A stretch of DNA of 63,798 nucleotides, the filler included, from Perkinsus chesapeaki ATCC PRA-425 (Eukaryota; Protista; Perkinsozoa), in assembly GCA_013115145.1 (NCBI GenBank). It is 11 parts of 11 records of this genome, joined end to end, with 100 filler letters (N's around TTAATTAATTAA, not from the genome) between each part and the next. Parts side by side here need not be neighbours in the genome. Positions count along the whole stretch, not along the records: positions 11,032 to 17,948 come from JAAPAO010001054.1; positions 18,049 to 45,680 come from JAAPAO010000490.1; 9 more parts are not named here. The stretch is one strand, 5' to 3'. Shown here in pieces: positions 12,043-23,400 of the stretch. Under the pieces are notes generated by a model, which was not told the origin of the DNA, ran no database searches, and saw nothing but the letters and a program-made list of their open reading frames with translations. Both the position numbers and the translations under genes were made by a program. The first letter of the stretch is position 1; every line of letters starts with the position of its first letter.

Positions 12043-14496
12043 GAAAAGAAATTGAAGGTAACGAAACTGATCCTGCAGTACTATATGTCATGATGGACGA
12101 TATCAGACTCGAGTTGCAATGAATGACATTTCAGTTACATATATAAATCTTTTGTAGCGCGCGCCAAATATGGAAACCGCCGGAATTCTATCTAGTGCGA
12201 AGAAATCCCCACGGGCGAAAATATTGATGATCCCGGCCAGTAGCTTCGTCGAAGTTATGGGTCCGATAACCCGTTGTGAGTAGACAAACATTATCGGGAG
12301 TTATGAGTTATAGATGTTAAATCTTGTAGCACTGAACGTCCAAGTCACGAGTGAAGCAAATACGGCTTGTTATCCTTAAAAGTTGTGGAGCGGATAAAAG
12401 ACTATTTTGAAGGCAAACCGTTCCTCGGCAATTGCCGACCGGCATCATTGCTGACTCCGAGCTCTTGTCGGGTGTCCCGCCGGGGGCCCGCTTGTGAATC
12501 CTACTGAGCTTCAGCTGCAAATCAGAGTCCAACAGACCTTTGGCAAAAATACCAGCGTCATAGTGATTGCTCTTATGCATGCGCGTACCAAATTACTGCC
12601 AGATCCTTTGTGAAATGAACCTAGCACGCACTGGGCCAGTCGATGGTGTGGCTTGCCTCGTTGTTTATTATGTGTTCGGTTGAAGTGCCGCGGATGAGCT
12701 CAATGTGTCCCTTTAGCACATATTCGGGTGAGTTGTGTTCAGCAGAAGCACAGCTTCTGGAGCAGGGTTGTTAATAACGACGATAGTGGGTCTTACATTC
12801 GCTGTTAACGGTATGCTCTATAATAGAGCCTCTATTTGGTGCATAGCTTACAGTATCATCCTTGTGAAAGTGCGAGAGCACACGAGGGTACAGTCCTCTC
12901 CGCCCTCATACTGTCTGTCATCGATGACGACCTAATCTCTCTCGGCTTCTAATATAACCAGCTCAATCACTCGGCTTGAAGCCCGGTGTCATCTCGGTAA
13001 TTCGCACGTCTTCTGCTAGATTTGTTGATCTTGCATTCCTTCTACTTTTACTGTTCGCATTCCTTCTCCATTGGCTACAGGGAATAAACATATGACAGTT
13101 GACTATGTTCAGCTGCGAGTACTTGCTTACGCTGTCGTGGGCCGAAGCCGGCACTGTGCCCCATATACTGACGCGTACTGTGGTCTAATATACAGTGATT
13201 TCTACCTAAGCTCGCACACGTACAAAAAATTCCAGATACAAAGCGAACGCGCTTATTTGCGACATGCCACCTTCTCTACGCTTCCCTCCTGGCAGGTGGA
13301 ATGGTATGTGGCTGTCCGACCCTTCTCGACCGAGGTGTGAGGCCTAACTTCAGCCCGCTCACCTCGTCCTTCTCGTACATCTCGCAAAGGAAAGTGCTTT
13401 TCGTCCCGTTCCGTACTCGTACACTACTCCGATGAAGTGAATAACTAATCCATTAAAATTGTGTGGTAGGAGGCGAGTTCCAAAAGGGTGTGTATAATAC
13501 CCATATTCCTCACCACTACCATAATGGCTTAGACCTCTGTCACCCACAGACTGAGGGTGACGTGGTTGGCCAAGTTTACTCGGTACGACTCCCGGCATGA
13601 TGCCCCGAACTCTTACGGGCGCGATGAGTTGACACTCTCAACGTGAGGGACCGCTACTGGTGAGGGGCTCCCTGATGAAGCGTCTACCTGTGACGACATC
13701 CCTTCATATCTGCTGAGCAGGTCTGCGTGTGTCGTCGTTTCTGAAGATAGACAACCTTTGTGTATGCGTGCAACTGTGAAGACACATGATTACCACTAGA
13801 CAGTGTTACGCTGTTGTGCTAGCAGTATTGATACTGCAAGCGAGGAAATTGAAGTTGTGGCAAGACATTGTTAGGTGTTCACTATTACTTTAACACATTA
13901 CTAGAACCAAGGATCTGAGTTCTGTACATCCTCAGCATGCTATTCGAGGGCTCCGATAACGAGTACAGTGATTCAACTTTTGGTGCTAGTTGTTGGCTGC
14001 CGATCTCCTGACCAGTTGAGCCCTTAGTACCACAATATTGGAAGCCCTGCCCAGGTGTACGAGTCGCGGGTTTCGGGTTCCAATTCGGGTTATCGAGGCC
14101 CAACCGCTCGGGAGAGAGGATTCGAGTGCAGTGTATGTGCGTGCATGTTTAGCATGGACCCAGGGCACGCATGCGCTAACCGTGCTCGTTACGTTATTCA
14201 TGGGATCGTTCAATAAACTGATTTTGAAATTCAGAATCGATTCCAGAACTGCTTTTTACACGTAAAATGCGATGCGGGAATCGATTCCGAATCTCAGAAT
14301 TGGTTTAATGAACATTGGGCATGTTGCGGTTGTCACTAGACCAGTGACTAGTGAAACTAGTGCGGTTTGAAATCCCAACCATTCCCGGTAGGTTCTTACC
14401 TGCGGGAGACACAGACACTTCACGTCACGGCTAACCGAGCTCGTGAGGTCATTGAGCGTTTCTGAAATGCTGTATAATAAATTTTGAGCTTAATAA

Positions 14497-15887
14497 ATGA
14501 AGGCGCATTTCAACCCCTACTTTTTCATCCTCTTCGCCCTCCAGGAGAGCGAGCATATCAAGTATCGAAACTATGAAGAGAATGACAAGTTCTACAAGCA
14601 GAGCGTCCTCGAACTATACTGTCAGAAGGCGGGAGATATCCCTTGTTATGTCGCGGTCGACGTGGATGAAAATCCTAATGTGAGTTAATTTATTGGACGC
14701 TCTGTTCACTGAAGATTCAATTGGTTCCTAGTGGTTCGCGGCATAGTCTTGGGCGCATGTGCTTTCTTGCATGTGGCCACTCATTGCTATATCTCATGCT
14801 TGATTCTAGCGTAGGCTGCGTTACGTAGCGACACTTGGGCCAAGAGTCTTGGCCAAAGCGGAACGAGTATTAAACGCCTCTATAAACTGGCCTCTGCTAT
14901 TCTACGACTAAATATCGATGGGGAGTAAGATGAGCTCATAAACGGATATCTGCCGCCTTTCACGTTGCTCATCCATCTTACTGCCCTATCAGCAAACCGT
15001 TTGTGGCGGCTAGTGACTGATTAAAATTCTCGGGTTACTCTGTCACATTATACTACTCGCCAGTGTTTTCATTATCGAGCAAGAAGGATCACAACCGTTT
15101 GTATGCTGAAGTTCTGTACTCGTTTTCGCCTTAGGCGGTAGTCGGCTTTATTGCGACTACTATACCGTATGAGATCCCCGAGTGGGAAGAAGCTGATGTT
15201 AGGAAAAAGATGTATGCCGGATGATCTACACGGTTTTCTCACTTCACGCCACGTCGAAGATTCATTATCATTTGCTTTCCTTCATCAGGCCAGGCGACAA
15301 GAAGAGAAATGGGGTGTTCGGCAACATCGATTATGTGAGTTGTGCGATTATCCACAGCTGGTAGCTTTCAGACTGTTGTATTAAACGACCTTTCGTATCC
15401 TGTCGAACGACGGTATAAATGGAGTACCCCAAACTGTTCATCGAACTCTGTGAATTAAACTGTACTTGGAATTTTTACGTGTCACACACCCCAGGGGTTC
15501 TCTGCAAACTGTTCTTACTGTCAGTTAGAAGTTGTCACCGACTATAGGACTAAAGGCATCGGGAGCAAGCTGCTGGAACATAGCATCCACCGCGTAAGGA
15601 TATCGAGAAGCTTTGCAGAGGTTTTGGATTCTCGGCTTGCGAAGCATTCCACACAATCGCTAGGTTTTGTGCATTTCACTCATCATGATTTTCTTCAGGG
15701 CGAGACCACCAAAAAATTCCTTGCTATGACAGTTACCGTCCTCCCAGAAGATGTGCGCGCAATTGGATTGTACAATAGATATGGTTTCGTCGAAGTCTTC
15801 AGTGAGTCTGAGCCCCGGCCGTTTGGAGGCAATGTGCAATATTTTTCAGGTGACGAATCGTACTATTATCTTGCTCGCTATTACTAA
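14497..15887 (+). CDS. GNAT-family N-acetyltransferase (multi-exon)
   Basis: Exons give VFIIEQE, AVVGFIAT, motif A LEVVTDYRTKGIGSKLLEHSI (about 15526-15590) and motif B VRAIGLYNRYGFVEV; GT-AG junctions; exon structure only partly resolved. Confidence 0.8.
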
Positions 15888-16724
15888 GGATATATGGGGA
15901 CACAAAAACGGCTCTCTGTTCAGGTCCCCTCGACTCGATTATGTTACGCCTACAGTACATTGTCATGTTTACTCGCTTCAACACTTTGTCGACCCTATTC
16001 TTCGGCTGCTAGAGTCGCAAAAGCTTCTACTCGATCTTGGGACAAATATGATCGTATTTCACGATTTAGTCGAGTCTGTCGCGTTTTTATAGTTTTGTAG
16101 TAGTGTTTGTAGTAGTGGCGTATGGACGTTTGGCAATGATCCACGAGGCTTACTAGGGTTGCTCACTTGTCACAATGCTAGTGTTAGAGATACAAGAAGA
16201 GACCTTTGTTGTCAACCGAAAATTTGATGGAAATATGAAGGTTGGTCATAGCTCATACAGTTTACAGAATAACAATGTAGTGGTTTGAAAGAGTTTTGTA
16301 GATTTGCCGGTTGCGCTGCGCAACGAACCAACGTTGTCTCCAAGTTTCGAAAGGATTAACAAAGAATCTATGTGAAAAATTCCTCAATTTACATACTACG
16401 GCCCGTAGTCTACGGTAACCCTGTTTCCGGAGGAGCGAATCTGCTCGTTGAATCAAACTTTTTATTAGCGGAGCGAAACCCCTGCCCCCAACCAAACTTA
16501 GAACTAAACATGGGATCCTGACAGTTTATTACGTATATGCAAACACTATTGACTATTCGCAGCTCGCAGTCCTGCTGCATGCTACCGGCTTAGGATTAAT
16601 ATTAGAATTGAAGTCGTGGATATCGGGCTCGCCTAGTGCGAGGAGTCGTGACGCTAAGAAATATGAAATCTTTACAGAATAAAACAGAAAAGATGATATC
16701 AACTGATACCAAGCTTGAACGAAA

Positions 16725-17948
16725 TTAGATCATCGGAGATTCAGTAGACACAACGGGAGCCTCTGTAGTCTCCTCAACGACAGGCGCCTCAGTGGTCTCC
16801 TCATACACAGGCTCTTCAGTGGTCTCCTCGTACACAGGCTCTTCAGTGGTCTCCTCATACACAGGCCCTTCAGTGGTCTCCTCATACACAGGCCCTTCAG
16901 TGGTCTCCTCATACACAGGCCCTTCAGTGGTCTCTTCGTACACAGGCCCTTCAGTGGTCTCCTCATACACAGGCCCTTCAGTGGTCTCCTCGTACACAGG
17001 CGCTTCAGTGGTCTCCTCATACACAGGCGCTTCAGTGGTCTCCTCATACACAGGTGCGTCAGTGGTGTCCTCATACACAGGTGCTTCAGTGGTCTCCTCA
17101 TACACAGGCCCTTCAGTGGTCTCCTCATACACAGGTGCGTCAGTAGTGTTTTCTTCGTAGCAGACAACTGGTTCTCCTTCACAATCCTCCAAGGACGAAT
17201 AACAATAACTCCCATTAGTAGAAGTTATACCAAAGCAAACAGGAGAATCGAGCCAAGTCTTGCAGTATGATCCAGATTCGGAGTCATGACAGGAAGAGAA
17301 CTGATCGCAAAGCTCCATGCATCCGATAACAACTTCCGGGGTAGTATCCATTGGAGGCTCGGTAGTATTAAAGCTGCCACACGAGACTGGTTCACCTTCA
17401 CAATCCTCAGTCGAAGAGTAACAGTAACCGGTAACATTCGAGGAAATTCCGAAGCAAACAGAAGGTGATAGCCAACTCTTGCAGTATGACCCTGACTCTG
17501 AATCGCGGCAAGCAGAGAACTGGTTACAGAGCTCCATACACTCATCAGCAGGCGTCTCAGTGGTTTCGTAAGGAGCCTCAGTGGTTTCGTAAGGAGCCTC
17601 AGTCGTCTCATAAGGAGCCTCAGTCGTCTCATAAGGAGCCTCAGTCGTCTCATAAGGAGCCTCAGTCGTCTCATAAGGAGCCTCAGTCGTCTCATAAGGA
17701 GCCTCAGTCGTCTCATAAGGAGCCTANNNNNNNNNNNNNNNNNNNNNNNNNNNNNNNNNNNNNNNNNNNNNNNNNNNNNNNNNNNNNNNNNNNNNNNNNN
17801 NNNNNNNNNNNNNNNNNNNNNNNNNCAGTCGTCTCAATAGGGGCTTCGGAGCAGGACAAAGGTTCCCCTTCACATGAGCCATCTTCGCTGTCATAACACA
17901 GAGACTCGTCAGCTCCTACTTTGATACCAAAGCAAACGGGTGGATCAG
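16725..17948 (-). CDS. Secreted Cys-rich-domain / mucin-like protein, copy 2 (5' truncated, internal gap)
   Basis: Same domains as copy 1 plus the C-terminal 9-aa repeats and a TAA stop at 16725. Confidence 0.88.
16755..17155 (-). repeat. 27-bp coding tandem repeat (TTE[G/A/E]PVYEE), about 15 copies
   Basis: Counted in the translation of ORF 16725-17537. Confidence 0.95.
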
Positions 17949-18048
17949 NNNNNNNNNNNNNNNNNNNNNNNNNNNNNNNNNNNNNNNNNNNNTTAATTAA
18001 TTAANNNNNNNNNNNNNNNNNNNNNNNNNNNNNNNNNNNNNNNNNNNN

Positions 18049-19683
18049 TCAATTCTGGAGGTCTCAGGTATGAGTTTTTGCAGAACTTTTTCAAGAAGTA
18101 TCCAAAATATTCTACGAGGGCCTTTTATTTGAATGGTCCTTCCTATGCAGGTGAGATCTTACTCGCCACTAGGCTTACTTAACACTTGACGCAGGTCACT
18201 TTATTCCAGCACTTGGGGCCAAAATCGTCTCAGAGAACAAGAAGGGACAACAGCCTAAGATAAACTTGAAGGGGCTTATAATTGGCAATGGAAACGCTAA
18301 CAGCGCAGAAATGTGACCTTCTCCACCTTAGTTCTTTTCCCGCTCCGGCCAATCGTTTACTTTTAGATACAAAGAATACATCCCGCTATTGAGAAAAGCC
18401 AAAGCTGTCCCGGAGGCGACGTAAGTCCGCAAAAGAGCTTCACCACCGTTTGGTCGGTCAAGAGCTGCCTTCGGCTAGTGTGAATGTTCAGGCTAAAAGC
18501 AATGACGAGCGAACTCCCTACATGTCTCCAGCTAATCGGGCTTTGCAACCAGCCCCACAAGGGTGAGTTGAAGACATGGTACTTCGCCGTATAGTTTTCA
18601 TTTTTTGTCAGATCCCTCCACCTGCAACACGGCTTACGAATACTGTCTCAACTACTTGTATTCTCCAGCCGTACAAGCAGGTGTCTTTCCGTGAGAGCTT
18701 TAAATTCGTCTCACTGACGACTCGGTCATATTACAAGTCACTCCTGTCAGTTACGATGTACACATAAACTGCAAGCGAACACCTGAGAAATGCGTTGATC
18801 CGAAAAACGTGAGTTTCGTGGGATCTCGAATGTCGTACCACTCTTTTTAGAGAAGTTAACCTGGTAACCTGAATTGATGTCGACTTAACTACTTCGATCA
18901 TACTCAGATTGATACCTTCCTCGCCAGGCCAGAAGTCCGCAGACAGCTTCAGGTGAACACTGATTGGATTGGGGATAATTCAAATGTAAGTTATTCCGCG
19001 ATGATCCAAAGGGAATCCCACCTGACGGGTTCAACCAGGCTCGATGGATTTTGTCTCTTTCGTTAGCTGAGGGCTAGATTCCGAGCTGATAGAGTACGCC
19101 GATATGATACTCTCCTACCTGAACAAATCGAAGCTGGTGTGAAGGTGAGTCATCATCACCAACAATCACGGCCAAACATTCTATTTGAAAGAGGGCGGGG
19201 TCCTGCCCTTGATGAAATAAATTGCTACTCCTATTCCTTGACTTGTTCATGTAATGAGCTGTTCAATGTGAATGACTTATTCTTCTGAGGTACTAAATTA
19301 TGCCGGTGATCAAGATTTAATCTGTAATGCTGCTGGAAATGCCAATTGGATGCTCAACTTGGAATGGAAGTATAAGACGGCATTCAACGCTCGACCAATT
19401 AAGCCTTTCTTGGTGAGCACTTTACACGGTACGACATCTCAGAAAGATTGTCGTTTGTTGCAGGGGAAGGCTGGAACAATCCGTTCGCTATCTATCCCAG
19501 GCGGAGGTCTTTTTGCATCTGTTACGGTAAGACACTTCCGCTATGGGTGCATCTTCGATACTCATCGGTGCAGTTCGATGATTTGAGGCTCAGATATTCG
19601 GCGCTGGTCACTTCGCTGAGATGGACAAGCCCGAGGAGGTTTACAAAATGTTGCAGTTCTTCTATAGCGTCAAAACCGAATAG
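18049..19683 (+). CDS. Serine carboxypeptidase, family S10 (5' truncated, multi-exon)
   Basis: FLQNFFKKYPKY..FYLNGPSYAG|HFIPAL, INLKGLIIGNG, LNYAGDQDLICN, IFGAGHFAEMDKP give the Ser/Asp/His triad; TAG at 19681-19683. Confidence 0.9.
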
Positions 19684-20282
19684 TTGTGGAATGCCAGGCG
19701 CACTTCAGACGATAAATCTCAATTTTCACAGTACCTACGATCGTATGTTTTATTTTTGACCGTGGCCCAGTTTATGTTACACGTTACTCTATCATGTAAC
19801 AGTTGCATATGTGAGCCACACTATTGGGCATCTGAGCTATGTAAGGTCGTATCAAATATATACTATCAATGAATCAGTCGGGCCTCGCTAACATCACTCT
19901 TATGTGAGGGTCTCTCTTGTTAATCTACGGCGCAGATTTCGCTATCTGCTTTGTTTGTTTTCTTGCCGTATTGGAGTGACTCCAGTGGTGTCACGAAGAT
20001 GCACGCTAGCGATAAGCTAAAACCTCGTATTGTCGACCTCAGTCCGATGCAAGGGTGTCATTACGTCACCTGTCATTCGCGCTTCAAGCGCGGCGCTTGG
20101 CGCTTCTATGAAGTATCGGTTAACCGTTTTTGTCTCAGTAAATAGGTTTTGTGTCTCTATTTCAAAGGCTTTGCGTTGAATAAACTCTGGAGGGACGAAG
20201 CACGACTTCATGATAAGTAAATGCAAGTAAATTACTGTTCGGTGAAGACCCCAGCTTAGTGGCGGAGCCTCCAGTGGAGGCC

Positions 20283-20445
20283 TGTTTGCGCTGTTGCACA
20301 AATACGCGCTGCGCACAAGTATCTTTGTTGAAACCGTTGAAAGATTCCCGTGCATGATATATAAACCAATTAAACCCAACTACTTTTTCTACTCTTTAAC
20401 TTATGGCTCTTGAGTCGACCAGTGTCCCAGCCAAGGCTCTGAACA
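20283..20445 (+). repeat. 5' LTR (163 bp)
   Basis: 162/163 identical to 25254-25416; TG...CA ends; internal TATATAAA. Confidence 0.96.
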
Positions 20446-23400
20446 TGGTGGAGAACCCTGGACTCACTGACGACTCTACTTCTACTACGGAGCTACTTCA
20501 ACTTGTACAACTCCCTACACCGAGCTGTCTTCTCTACCTCGAGCGGGCAGAACTCGAGACTATTATGACTGATAAAGAAGTCGACATTCCCAACAAGGTC
20601 AAATACCGCCAACTCTTTCAGCGCCTGCGCTCTCAACTACGCCAGACGCCAACAGTTTCCGTACCTAGGAATTCTGTTACATCTACTCATTCAACATTCA
20701 CTGCTTCTACCAGACCTACAAGCGTCTCAACTCTACAACCTACTCAAGACGACACCATCAACGACAAGATCACTAATCTTCATTTCTGGGGTATCAAACC
20801 AGCTTCGTCTACAAGTATTACTTCCTCTCCCCAAATAGCGTCAACGCCTTTTATCCCTAGCACACAGCTACTCAACAACGCTGTCAGTAACTTACGCATA
20901 CCTGACGGTCGTGAATTCTCGGGATTCAAGGATGGTCGCGCTATTAACTATGTTATCATGGTTGCTAGGCAAGAATGCCGTCAAAACAACCTCGACTCTC
21001 ATGGCTGCTACCTTTACCTTTGTCGCTGCTTAGGCCAAGGCCCTAGACTGAAATTGCTGGACCACTTGGAACGTCAACTCCCTCCCGAAGTCTTCATGTC
21101 CAACTACGACGTGATGTTTTCAGCAGCCATAGAGTTCCTTCAAGCTAACTATGCTACAACTAATGACCACGACAGGGTATCCAGACATCTGTCGACTATC
21201 AAGATGGCCTCAGGTCGCGTTTCAGCTCTTGAGTACTTGGACGACTTGGAGACCGCTATATCTATGGGAAACTCGGTTGGCTTATATCTTCAAGCCAGCC
21301 AGGTGTTAGATTACTTCAAACGAGGCCTCACTAATCATCTGCGTAAGGTCTCCAATCAGCAACACTCTAACATCCGTGATGTGTCCGCACTCGCTATGGC
21401 CCTTCAATATTATCAAGAAGCTAATCCTCTCCCTGCCACATCTTCTACGCCCACCACAACAACCAACAACTCTACTTCCAACGCGGAGTCTTCAACTTCA
21501 TCCTCCAGCGTCAGTCCGACGAGAATCCAACGAATTGAAGACCCCGAACTAATAAAACTTTGCAAAGAGAAGAAGATTTGTATGGCTTACTTGGCTCGTC
21601 AGTCTTGTAAGAATGGTGATTCCTGTCCCTACAAGCATACTACAGAGATCTCGCGGATGACTACTATAACTGATACTGCTTTTACTGCTGGTGTGACAGT
21701 CCTCAACTGTCCATCATGTGTAGGTTTTACGATTATACCTGATACTGGTTCTACTATGTCACTTGTCTCCAAGAAGCTGGCCGACTTCATCATGAACACC
21801 ATACCAGCCGCTCATCTACAAGAATTTCATGCGACGTTCGACACTGCTACCAAGTCGAAGTCTTTTTGTTGCGACTTTCGTCTACAAGTCGATCTCCCTA
21901 TCCACGACGGTGACAAGGTCCACTATCTTTCTTGGGCTCCTGCAGTGCTGGATACGTCACTCATTCATTCCGATGGTTTACTAGGGATGGATGTCTTACG
22001 GAGCTTTAATCAAGAAGGTTTGCTACTACAACTCGACGAAGACAATAAAATGCTAGCCTCGAAGTTCTTCTATTCTTTGCCTACCTCTACATCAAGTCCT
22101 CCGCCATCCACACAACCTGGTCCACCAGAAGAGACTTCACCAGCTGCATCGACAGTACCCTTATCGACCTCGCCTGAGTCTGCCACCTCATTACCTGCAC
22201 CACAACACAATCCATTACCCACACCTCCGACTTCAACAAGTTCAACGTCTGACAAGAAGCCCAAACATAAAGATAGTGTTGACTACGACATCAAGAACCT
22301 ATTACCAACTTCTCCAACGTTTCCTCCGCTGGATAAAGGCTTAGCAGTAGACCACGTTATCTACTCTAATCAATGGTGTAGGATAATCACTATTAAAGAT
22401 TCTAGCGACAACATAGAGTTCATGGTCGACTATAGCAACGAGCTTCTACAACTTGCACTTCAACGACAACCTCCAGAAGCTACTAAAGTTCACTACCGTC
22501 TCATCAAAGCTGAACCTCGTGTACGTAGCGAGGCCCAGTCTAGATTTGACGATCTTCTAACTAACGGCAAAGCTACTACTACTCCAGTCGACTCCATCAA
22601 CAACTACGCCTCACCATGGTACCCAGTTGAAGGCCGAAAGCGATGCCGCCCTGTTGTACCATCTATCCACAGTAACCAACTCCTACGTCAAGTTCAACGT
22701 TACTACCCTATACGAGATTGCCAGACGAAGATCAGCAGAGTTCTCAACAAGTACCGGAGTGCTAGAAAAGCGTCTCTACTTGACGTCAAGGATAGCTATC
22801 GTTCTATAAGGCTCGGCAAGAATGCCCAAAAGCTATCTCAAGTCCATGTTCGTGGATCAACTCTGACTTACCTCTATATGCTTGATGGATGTTCTATCAA
22901 TGCAAAAGTCTTGGAATGGTGTGTGAAACATGTACTACAAGAACTTCACCAACTACCAAATTTTAAACATCTAGCCGTCAGCTACATGGATGACGTCTTG
23001 GTCCTCTTCTTCGCCGACACTAACACCGACCAAGATATACAACTTGTGATAGACCACTTTGCTAAGTTCAACATGACTTTACTTGCCGAACGACTACATG
23101 GCCCTAGCTGCAATGACACTGCTATTCTGGGATCTATGATTGTCGACGACGGTGACTCCATTATTTTTCCTTCTGCTAAGTATGATAAATGCATCAACTT
23201 TGATCTCACCAAGCCCATCACCTACAGTTCTGCACTCAGCTTCCTCGGTCTTATATCCCAATCTTGGGATCTATTTGGTTGGCATGTCTTACCTTGTAAA
23301 AACACGCTAACCGCATTGGTGTCTCGCGAGAGAGCTGTTAATAAAGCTTTATGGAAGAAGACAATCATCTCCAAGCCCACCCTTCAACTACTTCAACGAT

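Noticed and set aside
20500-20640. SAM-like helix pattern at the Gag N-terminus (CLLYLERAELETIM...KVKYRQLFQRL)
   Set aside because: Resemblance too weak to claim without an HMM or structure search
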